Shown: one piece after another, positions 11,081 to 22,489 of the stretch
How the letters are laid out: each line of letters opens with the position of its first letter
How positions within the stretch are numbered: the stretch's first letter is position 1
Source: Caecitellus pseudoparvulus
Lineage: Eukaryota > Protista > Bigyra: Bicosoecida
Direction of reading: 5' to 3'
NCBI GenBank assembly: GCA_965644315.1
Contig: CBFFRQ010000056.1
Span: forward strand, 372,001 to 436,000
Length of the DNA: 64,000 nucleotides
The notes under the pieces: model-generated
The model's input: only the letters and a program-made list of their open reading frames with translations
The model's database searches: none
Told to the model about the DNA's origin: nothing
Made by a program: the position numbers and the translations under genes

Positions 11081-13768
11081 ATGGAGCCGCACAGCTCGCA
11101 AGCGAATTCGGAAAGCGAGGAGGCTGCAGCTGCAAGGGAGAGGAAGAAAGCTCGAAGTTCTGGGCTAGGCGCTTTGTCAGACTCCGTGCTTTCCTGTGAC
11201 CCGCTCTGCTTGTGCAGCAGGCCATCCCTGACTGCGTTTGCAGCCGCGATAACACTCCTGGCTTGCTTCTTGGCAGCTTACGCTGGCCTGTGTGCAGGCC
11301 TGCTCCTCCATGGGTCGCAGGAAAGCCAGTTCTGTACAGCAAGTCGACCATTCGTGCAGCATGCTTGGACCCGGCTGTTGGCTGTGGAGCACCAATGGAA
11401 CTCGTGGATGACGGCAGTGGAGCTGAGCGCTGCACCAGCCGTGACGATTCACAAACCTCACTTGCTGGAGCCGGCGCTGCTGGACTGCATCCCAGACGCC
11501 CATGGGGGCTCCACTGGCACTGTGCTGCTGCAGACCCGTACGTTGACCCAGAGCCTTCCGGATGGCATCGCCACACACGCAGTGCTGGCCTCGGCTGCTG
11601 ACTTGGCGTCGGCGGTGCACGAGCACCTGCAGACCCTGACCCCGCATGGTGGGGGGGGTGTAGGCAGTGTGCGCCTGTGCTGCAACTGCTCTGCTCTTCA
11701 GTACCGAAACCGGGACGCAGATTGGTGTGCCAAGCAGCCAGACGCGTGGGACCAGGCTGACCAGGACTCCGCTCCAGACCTCGCAGCTCACGTACAGCAG
11801 CTCGTGAAGGAAACAGGAGCTGAAGTCCAGCTTCGCGACCGCTCCTGGCAGGTGCAGGCTTTGCAGGGCCCAGGCCTCTTCGGTGTGACGGCTGGGCAGT
11901 GGCAGTGTGCACTGTCCGCTTCGCTTCCACTGGGCCGCATGTCCGCTGACGCGCCAGCCTGCCAGCGAAGCTCCGAAGTCAGCGCTGAGGGGGGCGCCAC
12001 CACTGGATCAAAGCCTGAGGCGGCGTGTGCCGCTGCTCAGCACGTGCATGCCGTTCTGCCCCAGGTTCTGCCAGCGTCGGCAGCAGCTGCCGCTTCGCAT
12101 GCGCGGCAGCGGAGGGCCGGAGAAACGCCCCTTCCTGGCACGGTGGAGCCAGCGAGCATTGACGAGGGGGTGCTGTTTGAGCTGATGGCCAGTCCATCTA
12201 TGCGGCACCACTTGTGGGCCGGCTCAGACGGCATAGCCACCTCCCTTCACTTCGACACGGAGCACAACGTGTACAGCCAAGTGCACGGTGTCAAGCACTG
12301 GCTGCTCCTGGACCCCACTGCCTGGTGGGTGTTTGGGACGTACCCTGCCGGGCACCATGGGTGGCGGCAAACTGTGCAGTGGGGTGCGGCGGACCAGGCC
12401 CTGCGCCAGTGCGGCGACCCAGATGGTGCCAGCATGCTAGCTCCCGTCTGCTTGCGGGTGGGGAAAGGAGGGGGGGCGGTGTCCATCGCTTGTGGTCCCT
12501 GTGCTGTGCAGCCTGGCGATGGTGCCACGCGTGTGCCCGCCACAGTCGTCACCTTGTCGCCTGGGAGCACGCTGTACGTGCCGCCCATGTGGCTGCATGC
12601 AGTGCTGTCGCGCGCCAACCCGTCGACACCGGCAGATGGAGAAGGCGTCCACCACCCGCCTTCGGTGGCTGTGAATTCCTGGATCCCAGACACCACCATT
12701 CGGCAGGTCGTGGATGAGCTAGCCTCGGTGCAGCTGCCGCTGGGCGTGTACCCCCACACCGACATCCCCGCCCTGGCCACCATCCTGCGCAGCTACGTTT
12801 GGAGCGTGTTGAGAGCTGTTTTGGGCCCTGTCACCTCCACTGCAAAACTGTACCTGCGGCAGGCAAGACAGTGGCAGCGAGACGCTGTGGGCAGCTCGTC
12901 AGAGGCGGAGCTCGAACCAGCCGCCTGGACGTGGGCAGCCCTGCAGCACTTGGCTCAACTGGAGCCGCACTGCTTTGTTGACCGCCTGTGGTTGGCTCGC
13001 TGGCAGCAGGCGTCTTCCACGTGGGCGGGCCACCAACCAGGAGGCAACTGCTCGGCTCAGTACGTGGCGGGGGGCACTGGCTCCATGCCAGGACACTCGT
13101 GCGCACGCCTCGCAGAAGCTGCCCAGGGCACCTCGCCGGCTGTGCGGAGGCTTCTGCGTGAGCCCTCGCCTTGGCGAAACGCGGTGGCTGCCACGCGCGC
13201 GCAGCACACGTTGGCTGAACTGAAGGGAGAGAGTCGTGAGTCCACTTTGCACGAACAACTCGTGCACGCTGTGCAGGCAAGTGGCATGGCCATCATTTCT
13301 TTGCTGCCTGACGAAGTGCGGCGCGCAGCCAGCAAGTCACGGCAACGCAGCAGTCCACACCTGTCCGCAGCAAATGCGGTGTCCCTTGCATCCCGAGTGT
13401 CTGGCCTAGTTCGTGGGTGGGCCGTTGCCGAGGTCCTTCTCGGAGACCACATCGATGAAGCTGTCACAGCGGTGATGAACATGGCCCTGCCCCTTCGTGG
13501 TGTGGCCGGCATGGTCACCGTGCCTTCGGGACAGCCCACCTTGCAAGACGTGAACTGGCTGACGCAAGAGGAAGCACAACATGTTCTCGCTCGGGGGGGG
13601 CTCTACCTGTCGGGGTGGGCTCAGTCGTGCTTGGCACCCTGTGACTCCACTCTGCGGCAAAGCGTCCAAGCTCATGGCGCTCGTGCGGCTGTGCCAAGCG
13701 CTGCCGACGTGGCAGGTCTGTGGTGGCACGCCTTGGTGCAGCCACAGCGCGGGTGGTCCGATTCGTAA
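11081..13768 (+). CDS. JmjC/cupin-like 2OG-Fe(II) hydroxylase with N-terminal TM anchor
   Basis: LWAGSDGIATSLHFDTEHNVYSQVHGVKHW (HxD), LSPGSTLYVPPMWLHAV (distal His) and SVAVNSW. Confidence 0.85.
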   Translation: MEPHSSQANSESEEAAAARERKKARSSGLGALSDSVLSCDPLCLCSRPSLTAFAAAITLLACFLAAYAGLCAGLLLHGSQESQFCTASRPFVQHAWTRLLAVEHQWNSWMTAVELSAAPAVTIHKPHLLEPALLDCIPDAHGGSTGTVLLQTRTLTQSLPDGIATHAVLASAADLASAVHEHLQTLTPHGGGGVGSVRLCCNCSALQYRNRDADWCAKQPDAWDQADQDSAPDLAAHVQQLVKETGAEVQLRDRSWQVQALQGPGLFGVTAGQWQCALSASLPLGRMSADAPACQRSSEVSAEGGATTGSKPEAACAAAQHVHAVLPQVLPASAAAAASHARQRRAGETPLPGTVEPASIDEGVLFELMASPSMRHHLWAGSDGIATSLHFDTEHNVYSQVHGVKHWLLLDPTAWWVFGTYPAGHHGWRQTVQWGAADQALRQCGDPDGASMLAPVCLRVGKGGGAVSIACGPCAVQPGDGATRVPATVVTLSPGSTLYVPPMWLHAVLSRANPSTPADGEGVHHPPSVAVNSWIPDTTIRQVVDELASVQLPLGVYPHTDIPALATILRSYVWSVLRAVLGPVTSTAKLYLRQARQWQRDAVGSSSEAELEPAAWTWAALQHLAQLEPHCFVDRLWLARWQQASSTWAGHQPGGNCSAQYVAGGTGSMPGHSCARLAEAAQGTSPAVRRLLREPSPWRNAVAATRAQHTLAELKGESRESTLHEQLVHAVQASGMAIISLLPDEVRRAASKSRQRSSPHLSAANAVSLASRVSGLVRGWAVAEVLLGDHIDEAVTAVMNMALPLRGVAGMVTVPSGQPTLQDVNWLTQEEAQHVLARGGLYLSGWAQSCLAPCDSTLRQSVQAHGARAAVPSAADVAGLWWHALVQPQRGWSDS

Positions 13769-14083
13769 GGTTGAATGCATGTGTGCCCAAGGTGCTCACT
13801 GAGAGTAGAACAGCACTGACTGCTCTTACAAGCAACCGAGGAGCTGGGGATGTCGCCCCAGCTGAGGTGGATAAGAAGATCTGCGTTTTGCCCAAAACAC
13901 TGCTCCCTAATCCTCAAAATTCCACGTGCACAGCGAACTTGTCAAGCAATCGCACCCATCTCGGCTGACAGAGTTCCCTCACAACGGCAGGCTCTCGCTG
14001 TGTGCAGGTGTTTGAATTGGCCCGAGCCAGCAGGAGACTGTCTAACTGCAGCGTGCTCAGCAACCGGGATAAGTGCAAGATCC

Positions 14084-15581
14084 ATGGCCCGTGCTCGCTC
14101 TGCAGGCCGCAAGCGAAGAGTTGGTGGGGAAAAGGCTGATATCCATGAGGATGCAGCGCCGGTACAGAAGCCAGATCTGATCAAGGGGGAAGGTGAAGGG
14201 GATGTTGCGGAAATCGAAGCGACGCAGACCGGTGTCCCGTTTGAAGGCCACCCACTGGCACCCATGGGCCCTTTCATCTCAGCCAAGGGGATGGAATCCA
14301 TCATTGCACACAAGTACAAGGGAGGCGACTGGACACCCCTGGATCGTCTCCTGAACGTGGTGTGGGAGGGCACTTTGAGTCTGCTGCCCGAGTGGCTGGC
14401 TCCCAACGCCATCACGCTGCTGGGACTGCTGTGCCACGTTGTGTACTTTGCGCTCTTCGTCTATCTGCTGCTGTTCACAGACATAAGCGACTCTGACAGC
14501 GTCCTGCCGCGTTGGGCGCACGGGTGCGCAGGTGTCCTTGTGTTTGCGTACAGCGTGCTGGACGCAGTGGACGGCAAGCAGGCTCGACGCACGGGCTCTT
14601 CCTCGCCGCTGGGGCAGCTGTTCGACCACGGTGCAGATGCCCTGGCCTCTATGGTGTTCCTCCCCTTCGCCCTCGCGTGGGCGGTGGGCATCGCCGGCTC
14701 CTGGCAGCACAGCCTACTGCTGGTGTTGTCTTTCCTGAACCTCTTCTGCCCTCAGTGGGAGGAAGCCCACACAGGCTGCATGCGCACGGCAGTGGGTGGC
14801 ATGGTGGGTGTGTCTGAAGCCATCCTCGTCGTGTGTGCCGTCTTCGCCACGTCGGCCTGCCTGGGAGACCTGTGGTGGGGTCAGGTGCTGGCGCTGGCGG
14901 GGGGGTTCCCCATCACTCCTGCTGCACTTCTGCTGGCAGTGTACACGGTAGCCACAGGCAGCGTCCTCGTTTCGTGCACTGCTAATGGTAAGGCAGAGGA
15001 GACGACCTGCCAGGCTGTGCCCTCTGCCCCTCATGCGCACTGTACCCCGCCTCCCCCCCCCCGCAGTGGTGAGCAAGGCGGGATGGGCTGGCACTGTGGA
15101 CTTCCTGCCGGCTATGGGGGTGCTGGCAGCCATTCCTGTGCTGGTGCTGCATGGAGGTGGCGCGTTGGTGTACTACCCCGGCTTTCACCTCGTCCTGGGG
15201 CTGGGGCTGGCACACCTCACTAGCCAGCGCATCATCACGGGCATGTCCAAGGAGGAGTTCCCCACGGGGGGACAGCTGGTGGTGCGTGGCGCGGCCGGCA
15301 GGCGGCACTTGCCAGACACTTGCCAAGCACTTGTCTCGACTCCTTCGCAGACGTCCCTGAGCCTGTTGCTGTGCATTGACGTGGTGCTGCACGGAGGTCT
15401 GGGGAGTAGCACCGCCCTGGCTTGGCTGGGAGACGGCGAAATGATCATCGCCGCCATGGGGTGGGCCTTCACCATGGTGTACGTGAACTACACCACTGCC
15501 GTCCTGCTGCAGCTGTCCTGGGGCTTGGGCGTGCCCATCCTGACGCTGCCCCCCCCCGCGACAGCCGGGGGCGGCACCTAA
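14084..15581 (+). CDS. Choline/ethanolamine phosphotransferase (CDP-alcohol phosphotransferase; introns ~14988-15066, 15282-15350)
   Basis: HKYKGGD, PEWLAPNAITLLG, and DAVDGKQARRTGSSSPLGQLFDHGAD (family signature); multiple TMs. Confidence 0.92.
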
Positions 15582-16342
15582 AAGCCCACCCTGGCCACCT
15601 TGCGGGGCTCGCGCACGCCAGTGACGGAACACTTCATCTTGTCGTGGGCGACAGGCTGCAGGGGGTGCCCTGCGGCAGAGGTGGCGGACAGGACGCCCGT
15701 GTCCACGCTGGCGGTGGCAAGGAAGTAGCTCTGCCGGGTGCCCAATGAAATGACCGAGGCGCGGATGATGTCCCCTGGGACAAACATGTCTGCCAGCACA
15801 GCCTTGTCCACTTCGCCCTCGCGGCAGTTCTCACGCTTGACCACCCCCGAGAAGCCAGCGGAACCCGGCACGCCCTCCACTGCTGAGCCGACGGCGACAT
15901 CCCCCACGACGAGGATGCGCGCGTGCACCATGTGCTCTGTCACACGCGTCACCTTGGCCAGCACGATGGACCCCACCATGGGCACGGCAGTGCTGGAAGC
16001 GCTCCTGCTGGGCGTCACGCTCAGCACGCCAGCTGTGCGCAGGCCTGAGGTGCTGTCGCTGGGCAGGAACTGGGGTGTTCCCACAATGCTGGCGTGGGCA
16101 GTGGAGCCCAATGCATAGCACCCAAAGCCCAACGTAATGCCTGTAGCTGGAGCCAGCGCATCGCCAGGTGCCACCTTGCCCTCTGGGAGTGCTGCCTGCA
16201 CCGCACTTGCCGTGGCTCGGGCAGTCTCTGCGTCCCAATTTCCGCTGGAGGCGCCGCCTTCCCCTGCTGCTGCAGGGGCTGCCGCGACAACTGGGAGGCT
16301 GGGCGGCGCAGCTGTGTACTGCTGGGCGATCTTGCGCTCCAT
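15578..16342 (-). CDS. CSL4: Exosome cap subunit Csl4/EXOSC1
   Basis: PGD N-terminal motif, S1 domain VPMVGSIVLAKVTRV, FSGVVKRENCR, FVPGDIIRASVISLG, and C-terminal MKCSVTGVREPRKVAR. Confidence 0.9.
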   Translation of the reverse strand: MERKIAQQYTAAPPSLPVVAAAPAAAGEGGASSGNWDAETARATASAVQAALPEGKVAPGDALAPATGITLGFGCYALGSTAHASIVGTPQFLPSDSTSGLRTAGVLSVTPSRSASSTAVPMVGSIVLAKVTRVTEHMVHARILVVGDVAVGSAVEGVPGSAGFSGVVKRENCREGEVDKAVLADMFVPGDIIRASVISLGTRQSYFLATASVDTGVLSATSAAGHPLQPVAHDKMKCSVTGVREPRKVARVGF

Positions 16343-16475
16343 GGTTAGCTTGGGATCGAGCTTCCGGTTGGGTGAAAACGGCCGGGCTTGGCAGCGCAGC
16401 GACCAGGAGGTTTGCGAGAGTGCAGTGGATTGTGCAGGCAGGAGTTGAGTGTGACCAGGGCGAGCCCGGCAGAGA

Positions 16476-17739
16476 TCACTGGCCGTCGCCCGCTGCCTTG
16501 GCCTCGTCAGCCACCTTGTGACCGACAGAGGCCAAGTGCTTCTCCATGAGGTGCTCGAAGGCCGTGATGGAGGGGTACTTCGCTGGCTTGGACTCAGCTG
16601 TGGAGTGGGGGGGGGGGGGCAAGGGAAGGGAGGTGCGTGCTCACGGCTGCAAGGCAAAAGCGATGGCAGGCACAGGCGACGCACAGACAGTGGTGGGGAT
16701 GGCCTCCACGACCACATCTGCGTTGACGTTGTGGAAGAAGGCGACGCTCTGGCGGCGGCAGGAGTCCCGTGTTGCGACGTCGGCCGCCGAGGGCGGCACC
16801 ACCCGGTGCAGGGTGCTTACCCACTGGTCATTCGTCCAGCGCTGCATGAGGTCGCCGAGGTTGATGACGAAGTGCCCAGGCAGGTACGGCACAGGCAGCC
16901 ACGAGCCATCCTTGCCTTTCACCTGCAGTCCACCGGGGGCGTCGTCGGGCAGGAGGATGGTGAGCGTGCCGTAGTCTGTGTGTGGGGAGGCGCGCATGGC
17001 GCCCGGGGGCGGCGCCACGTCCAGGTCGGGGTAGTTCAGCGCCCGCAGCGCACAGCGGTGGGCGTCGGTCTTGTCAGCGAACCAGTCAGCCGGCAGGTCC
17101 AGGGCCAGGGCGAAGGCTTCCAGCATGGCGCCTGCCAGCTCCTCCATGGCCTTGTAGTACGCCAGCCAGGCGGCCGCCATGCCCTCCGGCTTGGAGGGCA
17201 GGCGTGGCGCGGGCATGCCGCTGGCCGGGTTGTGCGGCCCCATGGACATGCACTCCTTGAGGTCAGGCACGCCAGCTGCGGAAGGCGCGGGAGCGTCGGC
17301 CAGCTCCGACGCCGCCAAGTCGGACGTCTTGCCGCTGGCAGCCTCCTCCTCCAGTCCAGAACGAAGCGTTTCTTTGCCGAACCCCACGTAGCCTGGGCAG
17401 GGCGCGGGGAGTGGGGCGTGGGGGCGGTGTGTGATGCTGCAGTGATGAGGCGTGCTGCTGGCCGTGTGTCGCACCGTAGGGGTACTCCGCCTCGCTGGGA
17501 GAGGCCCACTTCTCCTTCTCTTCCGCAGGCAGGTCAAAGAAGGCCCAGGTTTCCTTGCCCATGGTCTCAATGACCGCAGGGTCCACACCGTGGTTCTTCA
17601 CAGCCATGAAGCCGATGTCGCGGGCAGCAGCGCCGATGGCTGCCGCGATCTTCGCCTTGTGCGCTGCATCGCCTTCCCGGAAGCCGTCAAAGTCCACAAT
17701 GGGAATGGGGCACTCAACAGCTTCAGATGAAGATGCCAT
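16476..17739 (-). CDS. 2-oxoglutarate/Fe(II) dioxygenase, isopenicillin-N-synthase-like (DIOX_N + 2OG-FeII_Oxy; two introns)
   Basis: IPIVDF, IGFMAVKNHGV, FFDLP, LRALNYP, HTDYGTLTIL (HxD), VINLGDLMQRWTND, STLHRV and RQSVAFF. Confidence 0.92.
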
Positions 17740-18197
17740 GATGGTAGTTGCGGGTGAATCCAACGAATCTGGGGCGCGCTTTGTGGGAGCAATTACCGCA
17801 CCACAGTGGACACACTGTGGGTGTTTTGGAGGCGGGAGGAGAGAAGGTCGGTGGTGGAAAGTGATGCAGGCGCTGAGCGGGGGATGCACATAGAGTGGGT
17901 GCCACGGGTTGCCGTGTGGCAGCGGGGGGGGGCCTTCCAAGCCGGCAGACTGGACAAGGCGGCAGTGTGGGTTGAGGTGCTTCGGCCCAGGCACCGCCCA
18001 AGCCGTGCTCGCCACGTCTCAAACTCCACAAAAACTGTCAAGGGTGCGTCGAGGGACTGGCCCACGTGCAAGTCGAGCGCTCAGCTCCAGCGCGTGGGCA
18101 GCCAGAGACACCCCGTGCGATCGCGGGGGAGAGCGGCAGCTGCGCCGGCGGCAGCAGGAGCGGAAGTTGGCTTTGAACCCACACGCTGCACGATACA

Positions 18198-20901
18198 ATG
18201 GCGACTCGCACTCGAAGCAAGGCGATCAAGCCTAAAGCCATCGACATCTACGAGAAGATGTGCATCGTCCGTGAGGCAGGGGACCTGGAGGGCATTGCTG
18301 ACGGTGCGGATGTTGAGGCGGCACTGGCTCCCAAGGTGGCGCAGGTGAGACCCGGCGCGAGGCGGTGCCGCTGTGCGCAGCGCCCTGCCGCACTCACTGG
18401 CACTGCCCCCCCCCGCACAGAAACGCAAGAAAATCGACCTGCCCACCCCCGACGTGAAGCTCGTGCCGGACTACGGCAAGGAGCAGGAGGCACCATTTGA
18501 GCCGCCGTTGGGGTATGTGCGCTCCTCTGCACGGCCGTTCGGGCACGCCCAGCCAGAGGTGTGCTACACCGCCGACCACGCCGACCGCAAGTGGTTGGAA
18601 GAGCGGGCCTCCAGCGCCGAGGGCGGCGACACGCTCACAGTGCCCCTCCTGGAGCGCATGCTGTGTGAGTTGGAGGAGGCGGCGGCGGGGCGGCAGGGAC
18701 ACTTGCCCGAGAGCGAGGCTCGCGTGCACCTCTCCAGCGCCATGCGGGAGGCAGCCAAGGACTTCAACCTGTCCCACTTCATGTCCGACGTGTACCGGTA
18801 CTGGGACCGCAAGCGGCGCAAGCTGGGCAAGCCCCTCCTGCGCAAGTACTGGCCGCAAACCAGCGCCAACGACGTGGACCCGCATGCCGTCTTCCGCCCA
18901 CGGGAGAAGGAGCGCTACAAGCTCCGGCGCAACCGACGCAACGACATGGAGACGTTCCGCAAGCTGGACGCCGTGCGGGCGGACCTGCTGGCGGCACGTG
19001 ACTTGCTGTCCCTCGTGGACCGCCGTGAGCGCGTCAAGGCGGCCATGCTCGGGGCCAGCATCGCCGCCTTCCACGCAGGCGTGGCGGTGGAGACGGGGGC
19101 GCCCCCGCCGCCTCTGCCGCCCGCCGTGCAGGGCGCCAGGGCGCAGAGCCTGCAGCCGACCGCCGTGCAAGGCTTCTTGACGAGTCTCTCGCCGCTGCAG
19201 TCGCCACACGAGATCGCGCTGGGGAACGCGGGGGAAGCCGCGTCAGTGGCCGCTGCCGGGCGCAGTCGGGCCAAGCGCCGGCGGTCAGACACCGGCGCCA
19301 CGTCGTCCACTCGGGCCCGGCGGGAGACGTCGGCTCCTGGCACGGGTGCAGGGGAGCGGGGTGCTCGAGAAGTGCACCCGTTCGCCGTGGGCGGCTGGCG
19401 CCTGCCAGGCAATGCGCCTAAGGCTGTCATCAACCCCCTACTGCCGCCTGTGGCGACGTCCTCGCCAGTCACCTCCATGTGCGGCTTCAGCGCGGACCCT
19501 GCCGACCTGGGCACGGCGCTGGGCGTGTCCCTGGGGCAGGAGTTGTCTGAGGGCACGTGGCAGGCGCTCCTGGCAGGCGTGGCCTTGCCCCAGGCTCTGC
19601 CTGTCTCCACGGCCCTGCGGGTGCGGGAGGCCGTGGCAGCCGCTACGGCTGACTCCGATGCCTCCCGGTACAACCTGGCAGCCTGGCTGGCGCACGACGC
19701 GGACGTGCAGCTGGAGGCGCAGACGCAGGCTGTGCGGTTGATGACGGTGCGTAATACGCTGGGGCGGGCGGCCGGCGGCGGCGCATGGGAGGATGGCGCG
19801 GGGCTGGCCCTGGGGCTCGGCTCCATCGGCGCCATTGGCGAGGGGTGGACGGCGGCGGGGCAGGGGGTGCAGATGGGCCCACCCCCCATGCCCACGGTGG
19901 GGGAGGACCTGCTGCCTGGCCCTGAGGGGCGCGGCCCACTCTTCCTCCTGCGCCCACGCATGGGCCGTGGCAGCCGCCTGGTGGTGGACCGTGTCCCTCT
20001 CACGGCGGCATCGGCGGCATCCTGGCGAGCGGCCCATGCCCTGCTCAGCACACGCCGCCGTGCACGGGCCCTGGCGCGGCGTGTGCGGCGCAAGGTGGGG
20101 GGTGGGCCCATGCGGTCGGAGCCGGCGCTGTCCTCTGCACTGCCCACGCACATGCTCAGCGGGCACGCGGGCGACGCGACGGACCTGCACACACACTACG
20201 CCCTGGCCATGGGCCTGCCCACGACGCACGGCGCAGAGGCTGACTCCGTGGCGGGGGAGGTCGCACCCCGCTCGGCGTCGGAGCAGTTCACCACCCACAC
20301 CTCCTGGCTGGCCCCGTCGCGGTACCGCCCCGCGTCCCTCCCGTCTGCCATCGCTGACGTGATGAAGCAGACGTCCCTGCCACGGGCTGACGGGGCCCTG
20401 GAGGGTGCCGCGCCAGGCATGGTGGGGGGGGCCCAGGGGGGACCCGTTCTCCCCTCTGCCCTGGACTCCCGGCAAGTGCAGATACTGCAGACGTCCGTGT
20501 CTGGAGTGGGCCAGGAGGTGCAGGCGCCCCCCGGCATCGCAGCTGTGCTGGAGGAGGTGGGGGGCGAGGGGGGTAGTGACCCACCCCACACTCCCCTCGC
20601 CGAGGCAGGCGGCGAGTGGGGGGGAGACAGCGTGGATGCCCCCCTTGGGTACGCCTTGGACGGTGTGCACGACGGCTTCGGGGCTGGTGTGGACGTGGGG
20701 TACAATGGGGGCGGCAGCGGCATCACATTCGGCGGGCACGTGGACCACGCTGGGCTGCTGCCGCCTCCCCCTGTGGCGTCCGGCGTCACGCTGAAGCGGC
20801 TGGGAGACGTGTACGCGATGGAAGACAGCGACGACGATGACTTGGTGCAGGTTGCATTCGGGGACGACGCGCTGTTCTCCAGGTCACAGCACGATGTGTG
20901 A
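18198..20901 (+). CDS. Enhancer of polycomb-like (EPL1/EPC) NuA4 subunit (intron ~18345-18420)
   Basis: N-terminal KPKAIDIYEKMCIV, LPTPDV, YTADHADRKWL, VYRYWDRKRRKLGKPLLR, DPHAVFRPREKE, and later RPRMGRGSRLVVDR. Confidence 0.85.
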
Positions 20902-20953
20902 TGGCGGCCAAGTGTGTGTGCGCGGCGCAATGCATGCCAGAGAGCGTCCCCGC

Positions 20954-22320
20954 TCACTCTCTCGGCAAGTCCCAGTCCACGTGAGGAGGGGGGGGGCCGA
21001 TGTCCAGGGCCTTGTTGCCCTGCTCCACCAGCGCCTCGTACACGAGGAAGGTGACGGCCGACGCTGGGAAGGCGCGGGCACAGGTGGGGATGATGCCGCG
21101 CAGGAGCCACCGTGGCCCCTCCCGCTGCAGCGCGCCGCGCAGGACGCCCAAGGCGCCGCCTGGAGGGCGCACGCTGCCCGGGGCAGGCATGTGCGCCTGC
21201 ACTGTGGACTTGAGCACGTCCACGGGGTGCAGCAGCAGCCAGGAGGCGGTGCCGGCACACCCGCCAGCCAGCATGAGCTGCCAGGGGCTCAGAGTTTCTT
21301 TGCCCGGAGGCAGGCTCTCCTGAGCAGCAGACGAGGCGTCAGGGCCCGCTTCACCTCCCTCTCCCATGGCCCGCTTGATGGCGTGGTAGGTGGAGAAGTA
21401 CACGCCAAAGGCTGGCACGTCGCGGGCGAGCGTGAGGGTGAAGCCTGAGAACAGTGCGCCGAGGCCACCCGCCGCCACAACGGCCCGGGCGGCAGCCACA
21501 GGCCCCCGCAAGGTGGTGTCCACCTGCAAGAGGATCTTCACACGCTCGGCAAGGCAGGCAAGGGGTGCCTGCGATAGGCCGGACGTCGCGCCGGCTGCGA
21601 ACTGCTGCTGGCCCTCACCCCACCCGGCTGCATGGCTCCAAGTTTGGAAGAAGCGCAGGGCACGGTGCTCGACGGCAAAGAGAATGGCGTTGATGGGGGC
21701 ATTGGCCAAGACGGGGCTCGTGACGCCTGCACGATGGGGCGGCGGCGGCGGCAGGGGTGTGAGGCACGCACGGCGCAGGCGCTGGAACGCGTGTGTGGGG
21801 TGTGCTGGCTTGAGCACGGACCACGAAAGAATCCACGCAGCCCCTCTGCACGAGCGATGCTGATTGCACAGTGCAGGGGGCCACGGTACTTTGCTTGTGC
21901 TCCTGAAGCTTGGGTCTGCAGTTTGACTTTCACTCTGTGGGCGAGCGGGGCGACAGTGTCTGGCAGTACTAGTGGCGCAGTAGCGTCCAACTGCACTGCA
22001 CTTGGCACACGCAGCAGGCTCTCCAGACACGTGGCGCCGGGGCTTGCCCACATGCGCAAAGCAGGACCCCACAGCAAGCAAGAAATTGCAGCATGCTCCC
22101 TACCCCCACTGGGTATCCCTCTCGTGCCGCAGCAGGAGCGCCAGGTGGGAGCGCTTGCGTGCGGCACTGCACTTGTGCGCACAACACGCCCACGACCGTT
22201 TCGGTGCCAGGCACACGTGGCGCTGCTCCATGGTACGCACGTGTCAAACGGTTGCCCCGCTGCAATGCCACAGGCCCCTCCAATGCTGCCTGCGCCCAGG
22301 TGCAGGATCGTCTCCGCCAT
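20954..22320 (-). CDS. Mitochondrial carrier (SLC25; carnitine/basic amino acid carrier-like; introns 21935-22240 and ~21728-21820)
   Basis: GQPFDT|VKVKLQ, RDVPAFGVYF, HPVDVLKSTVQ and RAFPASAVTFLVYE; tripartite carrier repeats. Confidence 0.92.
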
Positions 22321-22489
22321 ACTGGCTGCAACACAGGGATGCTCCTGCCTCGCCAGCCGGGCACCGCAGCAGCCTCACGCACGCAGGCCGCTGTGCCCCA
22401 GTGCCGCCCAAGCAGCGTGCGCAGTGACTGGCAGGCGACTTGCCAGGCACATCCCCAGGCAGCAATGCGTGCATTGTGAGAATTGACAC

